Assembly: GCA_016283195.1 (NCBI GenBank)
Contig: JAEEML010000029.1
Span: 1 to 34,190 of the forward strand
Length of the DNA stretch: 34,190 nucleotides
Direction of reading: 5' to 3'
Source of the DNA: Deltaproteobacteria bacterium
GTDB lineage: Bacteria > JAEEML01
The notes below the pieces were generated by a model. It saw nothing but the letters and a program-made list of their open reading frames with translations, had not been told where the DNA came from and did not search any database. The translations under genes were made by a program, and so were the position numbers. Shown here piece after piece: positions 1 through 9,039 of the stretch (the stretch's first letter is position 1; every line of letters starts with the position of its first letter).

Positions 1-1
1 G

Positions 2-826
2 GTGCGTCAAATTCTCAGCCAAAATGGCCTAAGCGCCAAAAAGAGCTGGGGACAAAATTTTCTGGTTGATGATGAGGCCATTGCCTGCCTGGTGGCTGCG
101 GCCGCCGGTCTTAGGCTACCCATTATTGAAATCGGCGCCGGCCTGGGAGCCATCACCAGGCCTCTTGCCAATACCGGGCTATCAGTCTTTTCAATAGAAC
201 GCGATCGAGAGCTGGTTCCTCTTTTAAAACGCGATATTACAGCGCCAAATGTTACTATAATAGAGGGTAATGCTCTAACAATTGACCTGGCGGCACTAGT
301 GCCGCCGCCCACGCGCTATGTGCTTATGGGTAATATTCCTTACCATCTGACCGCCCCGCTTTTTATGCGCCTTTTCGCCAGTATGGGGCGTGCGGCCCGT
401 ATGGTGGTGATGGTGCAAAAAGAGGTGGCCCAGCGTTTTATTGCTCCGCCCAGAAGCAGTGAGCGTTCATCGCTGGCTGTTTGGGCCGAACTCGCCGGGA
501 AAGCCACTCTTTTACGCGAGCTTTCGCCGGCGGCCTTTTCCCCGCAACCTCATGTTTATTCCACTATAATACAACTGGATGTGGAGCCGAGCGGCCCGCT
601 CACCGTTTATCCCTTCGCTCTTGTGGAAAAACTTTTGCGAGCTGCTTTCGGACAACGGCGCAAAACCCTCAAAAACTCTTTGTCACATCTGGATGTGGAT
701 GCTGCCTTGTTACTAAAGGCGGCGGATATTGAGGCGCGGCGCCGGCCTGAGGAGCTGGTTAAGGAAGAGTGGATTAGGCTCATTGCTGCTTATGCCTCTT
801 TTACCGAAAAGAATCTGGCCCGCTAA
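2..826 (+). CDS. rsmA: 16S rRNA m6(2)A1518/A1519 dimethyltransferase RsmA/KsgA (5' end possibly cut by the window edge)
   Basis: KKSWGQNFL N-terminal motif, SAM motif IIEIGAGLG, GNIPY catalytic motif, MVQKEVAQR, FSPQP, AFGQRRKTL and RRPEEL, all typical of KsgA. Confidence 0.95.
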   Translation: MRQILSQNGLSAKKSWGQNFLVDDEAIACLVAAAAGLRLPIIEIGAGLGAITRPLANTGLSVFSIERDRELVPLLKRDITAPNVTIIEGNALTIDLAALVPPPTRYVLMGNIPYHLTAPLFMRLFASMGRAARMVVMVQKEVAQRFIAPPRSSERSSLAVWAELAGKATLLRELSPAAFSPQPHVYSTIIQLDVEPSGPLTVYPFALVEKLLRAAFGQRRKTLKNSLSHLDVDAALLLKAADIEARRRPEELVKEEWIRLIAAYASFTEKNLAR

Positions 827-866
827 TCTTTTTTATGTCATAATACCCCCCCGGAAGGAGTAAACA

Positions 867-1367
867 ATGCGCCGTTTTAGCTATTTTTTTCTCGCTTTTT
901 TTGCTTTTTCGCTCTCATTCAGCGCTTGCTCCCATAAGTTCAAGCCCATTATTCCTTGCGAAAAGAAAGATTTTCAATCAAACCATTCGGCTGCCAATCT
1001 CTACAGCTGGGGCGATGAAAATTATATTAAGGCCAAAAAGTGTAATGAAGATTTGGATAGAATCAATGCCTATTGTATAAAATCAATCCAGCAGCGGGGG
1101 GCAGCTTATTGTAAATCGCCCTATGATCCTCTTTATAAAGACGCCCTTTTAGAGAGTATCGCCCTCTGCCGCGGTGAAGCACGCTCAATGGGCCTTGATC
1201 CCGATGAACTGCTCGTAAAATCCAAATTTGCGCCAGAAGAAAACGCCGCAGCGCCCAATAAAACCGCCTCCGGCAAAGCTGCCAATGCCAATACCGGCGA
1301 TGCCGCAAGTGAAGCCTCGGTGCCTGTTGATATAAAAAACGATGATGTGGTGACCACCGAAAATTAA
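867..1367 (+). CDS. Hypothetical lipoprotein (Cys-rich domain, low-complexity Ala/Asn/Thr tail)
   Basis: MRR followed by a hydrophobic stretch and lipobox FSAC (Cys21); GGAAGGAG RBS upstream; five further Cys. Confidence 0.7.
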   Translation: MRRFSYFFLAFFAFSLSFSACSHKFKPIIPCEKKDFQSNHSAANLYSWGDENYIKAKKCNEDLDRINAYCIKSIQQRGAAYCKSPYDPLYKDALLESIALCRGEARSMGLDPDELLVKSKFAPEENAAAPNKTASGKAANANTGDAASEASVPVDIKNDDVVTTEN

Positions 1368-1432
1368 CTTTGCCCAGCATAAAAATAATGCTCAAAAACA
1401 GCTATTATCAGCGATAATAATTGCTTTCCCCC

Positions 1433-1461
1433 TTGCACTCCGTAAACCAAGGGGCTATAAG
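1433..1461 (+). promoter_or_regulatory. Putative sigma70 promoter of greA
   Basis: TTGCAC (1433-1438), 17-nt spacer, TATAAG (1456-1461). Confidence 0.55.
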
Positions 1462-1468
1462 TGACTTT

Positions 1469-1491
1469 GCCAGCCGTCGGCTGGTTTTTTT
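1469..1491 (+). terminator. Intrinsic terminator-like hairpin in the greA leader
   Basis: CCAGCCG-T-CGGCTGG perfect inverted repeat (1470-1484) followed directly by T7 (1485-1491). Confidence 0.6.
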
Positions 1492-1522
1492 GTTGAAACA
1501 AGCGGTATGGAGGAATTGTCTT

Positions 1523-2005
1523 ATGGATCAGTTGCCAATGACCCCGCGCGGCTACAAGATGCTTGAGGAAAAACTCAAAAATTTAAAGTCGGTGGAACGC
1601 CCTAAAATAATTAAAGAAATTGAGTTTGCTCTCTCTCTGGGCGATCTCAGCGAAAATTTTGAATATCACTCAGCCAAAGATCGTCAGGGCATGATTGAAG
1701 CGCAAATTCAGGATTGTGAAGCTCGCATCGCTTTGGCGCAAATTATCGACCCCGCCAAGATGAAAAACGATGGTAAGGTGCGTTTTAGCGCCACTGTCAC
1801 CTTTGCCGACGAAGACAGCGGTGAAGAATTTTGTTACCAAATTGTCGGCGAAGATGAAGCCGATATTAAAAACGGCCTCATTTCGGTGGCCTCCCCCATT
1901 GCCAAAGCTCTCATCGGCAAAGAAGAGGGCGATGAAGTAAAAATTAAAACTCCCTCGGGCATAAAAACTGTCGAAATAAGCAAAGTCGAATATATTGCCC
2001 AATAA
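1523..2005 (+). CDS. greA: Transcription elongation factor GreA
   Basis: MDQLPMTPRGYKMLEEKL, GDLSENFEYHSAK, YQIVGEDEAD and ISVASPIAKALIGK. Start moved from 1421 to ATG 1523, which follows a GGAGGA RBS (1509-1514). Confidence 0.95.
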   Translation: MDQLPMTPRGYKMLEEKLKNLKSVERPKIIKEIEFALSLGDLSENFEYHSAKDRQGMIEAQIQDCEARIALAQIIDPAKMKNDGKVRFSATVTFADEDSGEEFCYQIVGEDEADIKNGLISVASPIAKALIGKEEGDEVKIKTPSGIKTVEISKVEYIAQ

Positions 2006-2026
2006 ATTTAAACAGATAGGTCTATT

Positions 2027-4063
2027 GTGTCTCTCATAGTTCGTAGCGATATGACCCCGCGCGGCGATCAGGCCCAGGCCATAGAAAAAATTTCTGCCAA
2101 CCTGAATGCCGGCGTAAAAGAACAGGTTCTTTTGGGGGTAACGGGCTCCGGCAAAACCTTTACCATGGCCAAATGCATTGAAGCTGCCGGCCGCCCTGCC
2201 CTGGTTTTGGCCCATAATAAAACTCTGGCTGCCCAGCTTTTTACCGAATTGCGCGACCTTTTTCCAGAAGCGGCAGTGAGCTATTTTGTCAGCTATTATG
2301 ACTATTATCAGCCGGAGGCTTATATTCCCTCTTCTGATACTTATATTGAAAAAGATGCTTCCATCAACGATGCCATTGACCGCTTGCGCCACAAAGCCAC
2401 CAATGAGCTTTTAACCAGGCGCGATGTGATTATCGTGGCCAGTGTCAGTTGTATATACGGTATCGGTGCGCCGGAAGATTACAGCAGCATGCGGGTAGAA
2501 CTGGCTGTCGGTGATATCATAGACCGCGACCAGTTACTTCTGGACCTGGTGCGCATTCAATATGAGCGCAATGATTTTGACCTCTATCGCGGCAGCTTCC
2601 GCGTGCGAGGGAGTACTATCGAAGTCTTTCCGGCTCACGAAAAGGATTTGGTTTACCGCATTGAGCTCTTTGGGGATGAAATAACCGCCCTTTCCGAGGT
2701 TGACCCCTTGCGCGGCCGCACACTACACCGCGCGAATCTCCTGACCATCTTTCCCAGCAGCCACTATGTTGTTGGTGAAGAGCGGCAAAAAAGAGCTATT
2801 GAAACTATTCGCGACGAGTTAAAAGAGAGGCTGAAATATTTGAATGATAACGGCAAGTTACTCGAAGCTCAGCGTTTAGAACAACGCACACTTTTTGATC
2901 TTGAAGCCCTGGAAACCAGCGGCTTTTGCAACGGCATAGAAAATTATTCGCGCCATTTAACCGGCCGCGCACCAGGCGAGCCGCCGCCCACCCTTTTGGA
3001 CTATTTTCCCAAAGATTTTGTGCTCTTTATTGATGAGAGTCACCAAACATTGCCGCAACTTAGAGCTATGTATAATGGCGACCAGGCGCGGAAACATACC
3101 CTGGTGGATTACGGCTTTCGTCTGCCATCGGCTCTTGACAACCGGCCGCTGAATTTTAGCGAATTTTGCCAAAGAATCGGCCAGGTAGTCTATGTGAGCG
3201 CCACCCCCGGTGAGTATGAATTTAACCAGGCTGGGGACTATGTAACCGAACAGATTATCCGCCCCACCGGTCTTTTGGACCCCAGCATAGAAGTGCGCCC
3301 GGCCAAAGGCCAAGTGGATGATCTTTTGGAGCAAATTCGCCAAAGAGTGGCCAAAAAGCAGCGCGTTTTGGTGACCACGCTCACTAAGCGCCTGGCCGAG
3401 GATATTACCGATTATTACAGTGATTTGGGCATTAAAGTTAATTATCTGCACTCCGATATTAAAACCATAGAGAGAAGCGATATTTTAAAGGAGCTTCGTG
3501 AGGGCGCTTTTGATGTCCTGGTGGGCATTAACCTGCTCCGAGAAGGGCTTGATTTGCCGGAGGTTTCTTTAGTTGCTATTTTGGATGCCGATAAAGAAGG
3601 CTTTTTGCGGGCTCAAAGTTCACTCATCCAAATCATGGGCCGCGCCGCCCGCCATGAAGAAGGCCATGTTATTTTATATGCCGATAATATGACCAAATCC
3701 ATGACGGCAGCTATCCAGGAAACATCTCGCCGCCGGCGCTTGCAAGCTGCCTATAATAAGGCCCACGGCATTACTCCAAAGAGTATTGTTAAAGAAATTC
3801 GCTCACTTAATATTGAGGAAATCGGCAGTTCCAAAGAGAAAAATAGCGATAAATCGCCGATTTCACCGGCAGCCGGAGAAGAAATTATCCGCACATTGCG
3901 CCTGGAGATGCTGGAGGCAGCCGGCAAATTGGAGTTTGAGCGAGCGGCGCAAATCAGAAATCGCATTGCCGAACTGGAGGAGGAACTGGCCATTTCCCCG
4001 GCTGAGCGCCTCTTTAATAAAAAATCTGAGCCCAAAAAGAGAAAAAAAAGCCGCTTTCGTTAG
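2027..4063 (+). CDS. uvrB: Excinuclease ABC subunit B
   Basis: Walker [22 protein letters not shown] beta-hairpin region, [22 protein letters not shown] and a C-terminal UVR domain ([13 protein letters not shown]). Confidence 0.98.
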   Translation: MSLIVRSDMTPRGDQAQAIEKISANLNAGVKEQVLLGVTGSGKTFTMAKCIEAAGRPALVLAHNKTLAAQLFTELRDLFPEAAVSYFVSYYDYYQPEAYIPSSDTYIEKDASINDAIDRLRHKATNELLTRRDVIIVASVSCIYGIGAPEDYSSMRVELAVGDIIDRDQLLLDLVRIQYERNDFDLYRGSFRVRGSTIEVFPAHEKDLVYRIELFGDEITALSEVDPLRGRTLHRANLLTIFPSSHYVVGEERQKRAIETIRDELKERLKYLNDNGKLLEAQRLEQRTLFDLEALETSGFCNGIENYSRHLTGRAPGEPPPTLLDYFPKDFVLFIDESHQTLPQLRAMYNGDQARKHTLVDYGFRLPSALDNRPLNFSEFCQRIGQVVYVSATPGEYEFNQAGDYVTEQIIRPTGLLDPSIEVRPAKGQVDDLLEQIRQRVAKKQRVLVTTLTKRLAEDITDYYSDLGIKVNYLHSDIKTIERSDILKELREGAFDVLVGINLLREGLDLPEVSLVAILDADKEGFLRAQSSLIQIMGRAARHEEGHVILYADNMTKSMTAAIQETSRRRRLQAAYNKAHGITPKSIVKEIRSLNIEEIGSSKEKNSDKSPISPAAGEEIIRTLRLEMLEAAGKLEFERAAQIRNRIAELEEELAISPAERLFNKKSEPKKRKKSRFR

Positions 4064-4174
4064 TTTTTTAACAATAATTAATTTTTGTGGCTAGCCAATA
4101 GTTATTATATATGTGTATGTAGAGACGGCTTTTGTGAGCCTATAATTGTGAATAACTCGTAGGAGGGTTTAATT

Positions 4175-5239
4175 ATGTCGAGTATTGGTGGCGGAGCTGG
4201 TTTTAGTAATGTACAAACTCCTGTTGTCTCCTTTGAAGCTAATAGTATTTCCATTAGCGGAGCCGGCGCTGAAGCTACACCGGAGATCCCTATTGATGCT
4301 GATGGTTGCGTTGATTTAAACGCCCTCACCTCCGTGCTTTCCGAGCAAACAGGCATCCCGGAAGATAAAATAGTCAAAGAGTTCCTACCCGGTATTGTTA
4401 AACAAATCGAAGCTCACGGCGCTTATAAATTAAAAGGCCTTGAGCTTTTAAAAGATATGGCCAGTGATCGCATGGATACCGCCAGGCCGACAGTTTCTAA
4501 CGGCCCGCAGAATGTTACCAGCGGTATGGATGACAGCACCAAACAAGTGGTACTCGTCTTTACCCAAGCCGGTGTTTATGTCAATCCCAACAACGCTCAA
4601 AATAACGAAGCTCTGACAAATAACATTAAAAGCGATCTCAGCAAGGCTATAAACAGTAGCGGACCGGCTATCCAACGCGAGCATGTTTCCGATGATTTTT
4701 CGCATAAGCTCTCTAATTATATGCAGCAATTTCCTTATGGCGATGTTATGTCCAGCCTCTTTTATGTCTTCCAGGAATCCATTAAGCAAACCAACGAAGA
4801 CAAAGCTTATTTTCTGCACAAACTCTCCGATATGAATAAAATTTCCGAAGCGCAAAGTGCCTATTTGAAGGATTTGGAGAATTGCAGCCAGAGTCTGGAG
4901 AGCCAAACTGTTGAGGACATGAAGAAGCAAGGTAAAGATTATCATGCCGGATCAACCGAGACAAGTGTTCCCACCAAAACTATTAATACCGATTCTCTGG
5001 GCAAAGATGGCAATGCCATTGTTGTCCCCGGCGAGACCAAACAAATGAACAACACCGCCTTGGCCGCCGAGATTAAAAAAGTGGAAACCGATATGGAAAC
5101 TGTGCGCAACAAACGCCAGGAATTCCAAACCATGTTTGAAAACTTTGACCAAAAAGCCAACCAGCTCTTTAACATTCTCTCCACAGTGCTTAAAAACGTC
5201 AAAGAAATGCAGAGCAGCGTTGTGCGCAATATGCTCTGA
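4175..5239 (+). CDS. Putative T3SS filament/needle-tip (SctA; EspA/SseB/Bsp22-like) protein
   Basis: AGGAGG RBS (4161-4166) and TATAAT at 4141-4146; Ser/Gly-rich N-terminus without a Sec signal; helix LFYVFQESIKQTNEDK..KLSDMNKIS; C-terminal amphipathic helix DQKANQLFNILSTVLKNVKEMQSSVVRNML resembling T3SS filament/needle C-termini; close to translocator genes. Confidence 0.5.
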   Translation: MSSIGGGAGFSNVQTPVVSFEANSISISGAGAEATPEIPIDADGCVDLNALTSVLSEQTGIPEDKIVKEFLPGIVKQIEAHGAYKLKGLELLKDMASDRMDTARPTVSNGPQNVTSGMDDSTKQVVLVFTQAGVYVNPNNAQNNEALTNNIKSDLSKAINSSGPAIQREHVSDDFSHKLSNYMQQFPYGDVMSSLFYVFQESIKQTNEDKAYFLHKLSDMNKISEAQSAYLKDLENCSQSLESQTVEDMKKQGKDYHAGSTETSVPTKTINTDSLGKDGNAIVVPGETKQMNNTALAAEIKKVETDMETVRNKRQEFQTMFENFDQKANQLFNILSTVLKNVKEMQSSVVRNML

Positions 5240-5247
5240 TTTTTTCT

Positions 5248-6024
5248 ATGCCCTTTTCTCTTCCATTAGATGCTTACAAAGCAAAATCCGTTTTGGCTAT
5301 TGGGCTTAGCGAAGCAGCTGTCTTAGCTATAACCAAAGAAGCTTCATTTTGCACTGTTTTTGATTATTCGGCAGAAGTAACAGAGAAATTTAAAAATCTG
5401 TTTACTGCTTGCCGCCTTGAAGCATACAATGTGGATATTCGCCAGCCTCTTCCGCCTCTAAATCAGCATTATGATTTAATAATCAGCAATTTAATTCCAG
5501 CTGAGGAAGAGGCCAAAAAGCGCCTTTTGAGCCGTCTTAAGCCGTTTTTGCATGATAATGGGCGCCTGTTTATTACTCGCCCGGCTTTTGAAGAATCATT
5601 TGGCAAAAATGAGCTGCCCGATATTACTAATGATTCCGGCTTTATTCTAACGAGCACTTTGCATCCTGAACCACCTATCAAGGGTGCTAAAATTATAATC
5701 ACCGCTTTAAGCGACCCATACCCTATGAATGAGCGCTTTTTGGCGGCTATTATCACCAGTTTGGCACAAAAAGAGGAATTGCTTTTGACCTGGGATACTG
5801 TGTGTGGCGATGCCGAGGTAACTCTTACTGCTACCGGTGATTACACTATAACTCTCTCGGTAAACAAGGAGCTAATGACTTTTAAAGCCACTATTGAGCC
5901 GGCCAGCGGCAATATTCTTAATACCCTCTCAAATTTAGCTTTGGTGACTTTTTGCAATGATGTAAAAGAGCACCACATAAGCCAAAAAGACGGCTATTTA
6001 CTCACCGAAGTGACAGCCGGCTAA
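5248..6024 (+). CDS. Class I SAM-methyltransferase-like protein (degenerate motif I) with an extra C-terminal domain
   Basis: KSVLAIG..., VFDYS, VDIRQPLP, YDLIISN and LKPFLHDNGRLFI follow the Rossmann MTase motif order, but the GxG motif is degenerate; starts 8 nt after the previous gene. Confidence 0.5.
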   Translation: MPFSLPLDAYKAKSVLAIGLSEAAVLAITKEASFCTVFDYSAEVTEKFKNLFTACRLEAYNVDIRQPLPPLNQHYDLIISNLIPAEEEAKKRLLSRLKPFLHDNGRLFITRPAFEESFGKNELPDITNDSGFILTSTLHPEPPIKGAKIIITALSDPYPMNERFLAAIITSLAQKEELLLTWDTVCGDAEVTLTATGDYTITLSVNKELMTFKATIEPASGNILNTLSNLALVTFCNDVKEHHISQKDGYLLTEVTAG

Positions 6025-7076
6025 CGGCGCGGAATAAAATAGATATTTACAGTTTCCGGAGCATCTGGCAGCAAGCTGAAAGCCAGGCCGTGCGGCGTAG
6101 CCCAAAGATTTAGCTCAAGGGCTCCTTTTTGGCATATTGCCGAATAAGTATCTGTCGGCCAGCCAATGGCCTTTAAAAACTTTGCTCCGCGCTCGTTACC
6201 GGCCTCGGCAGTAAAGAAAAAATTGAGTTTGAAATAGGGAGTTTCAGCCAACACCAGCGCCACTTCAAAATCGCTTGTAAGCCCCTTGCATAGCCCATCA
6301 GGGCAAAAAAACTCGCCGGCCAGCTGCCATAATTTGTCATTAAAAACAAGCTGTTTATGCATCTTAGCAAAAGTAGTAACTCTCTCTTGCTCAAGCCAGC
6401 TTATGCGCTGATATATTTTAATTCTTGGCGGCTTACCATGCACCAAGTCCAACCCCAAGCCGGAATGGTGCGAAATGGGGCCGAATGTCTGCTCGAAATC
6501 TGTCACTAGCTCGTTAAAAGCTGTAGCTTCAAGAGCAGCCAGCGCCGATAAAAGCACCGCTAAATGTGGGCGCCTATTGTCCAGCCTGGTTGTAAAATAA
6601 GGCTTGATTATCGGCAAGTTGCTCTTCTTGCCAAAAGCCAGACCGCATAGCAAAGCCCTAGCCTGCGGGGCCAAAAGATCAAAGCCACTATCCGGCGGAT
6701 ATATAGCGCTAAAAAGCTCCGCAATCTGGCCGGATTCTGCCGGAGAAAGCTCGCCCATCTCGGCCATTTTGAGCAATAAATTGCGCTGGATAGCCAGAGA
6801 ATCGGCCATGGTGGCCCCAGCTAGGGGCACACCTATCAGAGCCACGGCAGTAATTTCGTTTTTGGCCAGGCGCACGGCATATTCCAGGCTGGCACCTGAT
6901 TGCATAAGCGGTGGCTTATTTGAACCATTTTGCCGAGAACGCAAAAAAGCCGCCAGCAAATCCAATTGATCGCCGGTAATCATATTGGCAGAGAAAAAAT
7001 CCTGCCAGGCAGCAAATGGGTGCGTTAACTGGCCGGCATTAGGTAATAAATTATCCAGTAGCGGCCACAGAGACAT
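6021..7076 (-). CDS. Putative DMATS/ABBA-family aromatic (tryptophan/indole) prenyltransferase-like protein
   Basis: Ordered motifs SGASLEYAV, PIIKPYF, LGLDLVHGKPPRIKIYQR, FKLNFF and TVNIYFIP match the recalled bacterial DMATS pattern (xPxEFS...KxY...SLDL..RVKVY...TVYxxP); its start overlaps the upstream stop (TGATG at 7076). Confidence 0.5.
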   Translation of the reverse strand: MSLWPLLDNLLPNAGQLTHPFAAWQDFFSANMITGDQLDLLAAFLRSRQNGSNKPPLMQSGASLEYAVRLAKNEITAVALIGVPLAGATMADSLAIQRNLLLKMAEMGELSPAESGQIAELFSAIYPPDSGFDLLAPQARALLCGLAFGKKSNLPIIKPYFTTRLDNRRPHLAVLLSALAALEATAFNELVTDFEQTFGPISHHSGLGLDLVHGKPPRIKIYQRISWLEQERVTTFAKMHKQLVFNDKLWQLAGEFFCPDGLCKGLTSDFEVALVLAETPYFKLNFFFTAEAGNERGAKFLKAIGWPTDTYSAICQKGALELNLWATPHGLAFSLLPDAPETVNIYFIPRR

Positions 7077-8971
7077 CAGGTGTAAATCATCTTCATAGCG
7101 GCAAACATGCGAGCAATTTGCTGATTAGCCTTGGAGACATTGTCGCGATGTTGCTGCGTTGTAGTGCTAACCATGCTCACTACATCGGTGCCAACTTGGC
7201 CAGCCTGTTGAAGCTCCCCAAGAGCCTCATTAACTTTTTCCATGGAGTTCGGGATGTTTTGAGCTAAAAATACAGCGGCGCTTAAAGAACTATTTCCGGC
7301 ATTGGCTTTATTTTGATCATCTACCAAAGTGCCACCGACAGCAGGCTGGGCGGGAATATCAACTTCTTTTATGTCTTTGCCACTGATTATTTTAAATATA
7401 CCAGCTCTAGCGCCAAAAGCCACATCAGGATCATTCTCCATAATATATTTAGTGCGTTCATTGCCAAGAGCCAAATTCAAATCAGCATAAGCTTTCTGCT
7501 GCTTAACAGAATATTCTTTCATTGCTGCTTTTTGTTCTTCTTTTGTCAGCCCCTTTAAATCAGGTTTTACAACAGTCTTTTTAAGCCATTCATGGGCTTT
7601 TGACATATCACCGTCTTTGGCTTTATCAATAGCCTCTTTAAATTCATTAAATTGTGCTTCGCTGGCAGCCCTCTCTTCTTCTGTGGCATCGGTTGGCAAT
7701 TCCGGAGCAACAGGATCAGTAATTGGCAAATCTTTAAATTGTTCTTTAACAATTGCTTTACTGTCAAGATGGCCTGTCTTTTCTGCTACTAGCTCCGCCC
7801 AAGCTGCCTGCTTTTGCTCAGGCGTGGCATTTTCAATACCATTGGGAAATTTCTTTTTATATTCTTTCTCTATATTACGCATCATGTCAGCAGTAGCACC
7901 ATGTGCAGTTGCAGGCATTATTGGCAAAGATTTCTTATAATCTTTCATCTCCTTTTGCCAGGATTCAAAAGTACTGCCTTCCTTCACCATGCCATTACGC
8001 GCTTTAGTATAAATGGCGTCGTTTTCTTTTTCGAGACGATCAGAAAACTCTGATTTACCAAGATCTTTATTTAATTCAGTTCTGGAATCACCGGTCATAA
8101 GCCCAGTATTAATATTAAGTCCAGCCATAGCTGTAGTATTAAGAGCATCGCCAAAAGCTTTCTGTTCTTCTGCAGCAAAATTCATTTGCAACTTGGCTAT
8201 CATCAAATCTTTGGCATGGAGTTTAAGCTTGTCGGTAAGATCCCGTATTTGCAATTCTTCCAGGCGGAATTCGTTAGCATCGCGGAGGCCCTGCATCACC
8301 AGCAGAAACAATGAAGCACTCATATTTCTGCAATTATAAGAGCTATTTATACAGGCATCGGCCAATTTCTGATCTACTTCGGCAAGGCGCGACTCAAGAT
8401 TGAGCTTGGGGGCCACACTCTTTTGAAAAGCAGTGCGATAATTGAGTGCACCGGTTGCCGGCTTAGAATTAGCCGCTTTGCGCTGCGCAGACATATCGCG
8501 ATATATAGAAGCAAGCTCACTACTGGCGCTATCAATCGCCGCATTAAGCTCCGGGCTGGCTTTGGCCAGTGTTTTGCCAATAAGGGCGGTTACAGCTGCT
8601 TCTCCGGCATCTATGCCCTGCACTGTATTGGGCAAAACCGGGCCGGCTTTAAGGTCGGAAGCAACCATGGATTTCTGCACATCGGTGAGGCCGGTGGCAT
8701 CAAGAGTTTTTTCATTTACACCATGTGTTGTGCGCTCAAATGTGGTTTTGCCCATAGTGCTGTTATAAACTCCGGCACTGGCTGCCTGTTTGGCTTTGGC
8801 GGCTTCACCGGCTGCAGTTTTGGTGGCTACAATCTGCTCACGCCTGGTCAGTGGCTTGGTTGCAACCGGTGCACTCTTTTGCTCACTGCCGGCCGGCACA
8901 GACATAGGGTTAGTACGATTAAACACCAGCGGGCGGGGAGCCATATTTCTGTAATCGGTATTGATAGCCAT
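7076..8971 (-). CDS. Enlarged translocator-family (SctB-like) paralog, 631 aa, with a large central charged insert
   Basis: LFLLVMQGLRDANEFR...KLKLHAKDLMI aligns with the core of the neighbouring paralogs (e.g. LLAVLRSAQEDR...NLKNLATKVQINAKDLAI); C-terminal coiled coil; GGAGG RBS. Confidence 0.45.
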   Translation of the reverse strand: MAINTDYRNMAPRPLVFNRTNPMSVPAGSEQKSAPVATKPLTRREQIVATKTAAGEAAKAKQAASAGVYNSTMGKTTFERTTHGVNEKTLDATGLTDVQKSMVASDLKAGPVLPNTVQGIDAGEAAVTALIGKTLAKASPELNAAIDSASSELASIYRDMSAQRKAANSKPATGALNYRTAFQKSVAPKLNLESRLAEVDQKLADACINSSYNCRNMSASLFLLVMQGLRDANEFRLEELQIRDLTDKLKLHAKDLMIAKLQMNFAAEEQKAFGDALNTTAMAGLNINTGLMTGDSRTELNKDLGKSEFSDRLEKENDAIYTKARNGMVKEGSTFESWQKEMKDYKKSLPIMPATAHGATADMMRNIEKEYKKKFPNGIENATPEQKQAAWAELVAEKTGHLDSKAIVKEQFKDLPITDPVAPELPTDATEEERAASEAQFNEFKEAIDKAKDGDMSKAHEWLKKTVVKPDLKGLTKEEQKAAMKEYSVKQQKAYADLNLALGNERTKYIMENDPDVAFGARAGIFKIISGKDIKEVDIPAQPAVGGTLVDDQNKANAGNSSLSAAVFLAQNIPNSMEKVNEALGELQQAGQVGTDVVSMVSTTTQQHRDNVSKANQQIARMFAAMKMIYT

Positions 8972-9003
8972 AACATTAACCTCCGGCCAATAAGCGGCTA
9001 GGC

Positions 9004-9012
9004 ATTATAGCA
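9004..9012 (-). promoter_or_regulatory. Extended -10 sigma70 promoter for the 631-aa gene and the prenyltransferase-like gene
   Basis: The minus strand reads TG-C-TATAAT, a perfect extended -10, in the 68-nt gap, which is the longest gap in the operon; a TTGCCC lies upstream. Confidence 0.5.
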
Positions 9013-9039
9013 TAAATGGTTATCGGGCAAAAGATGATT

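Noticed and set aside
1421..1522. 34-aa N-terminal extension of GreA in the ORF track
   Set aside because: It overlaps the promoter and hairpin; the RBS and family N-terminus fit ATG 1523.
1670..2392. 240-aa antisense ORF over greA/uvrB, and the many other short ORFs antisense to or overlapping long genes
   Set aside because: They are shadow frames of well-supported genes with no recognisable motifs or RBS.
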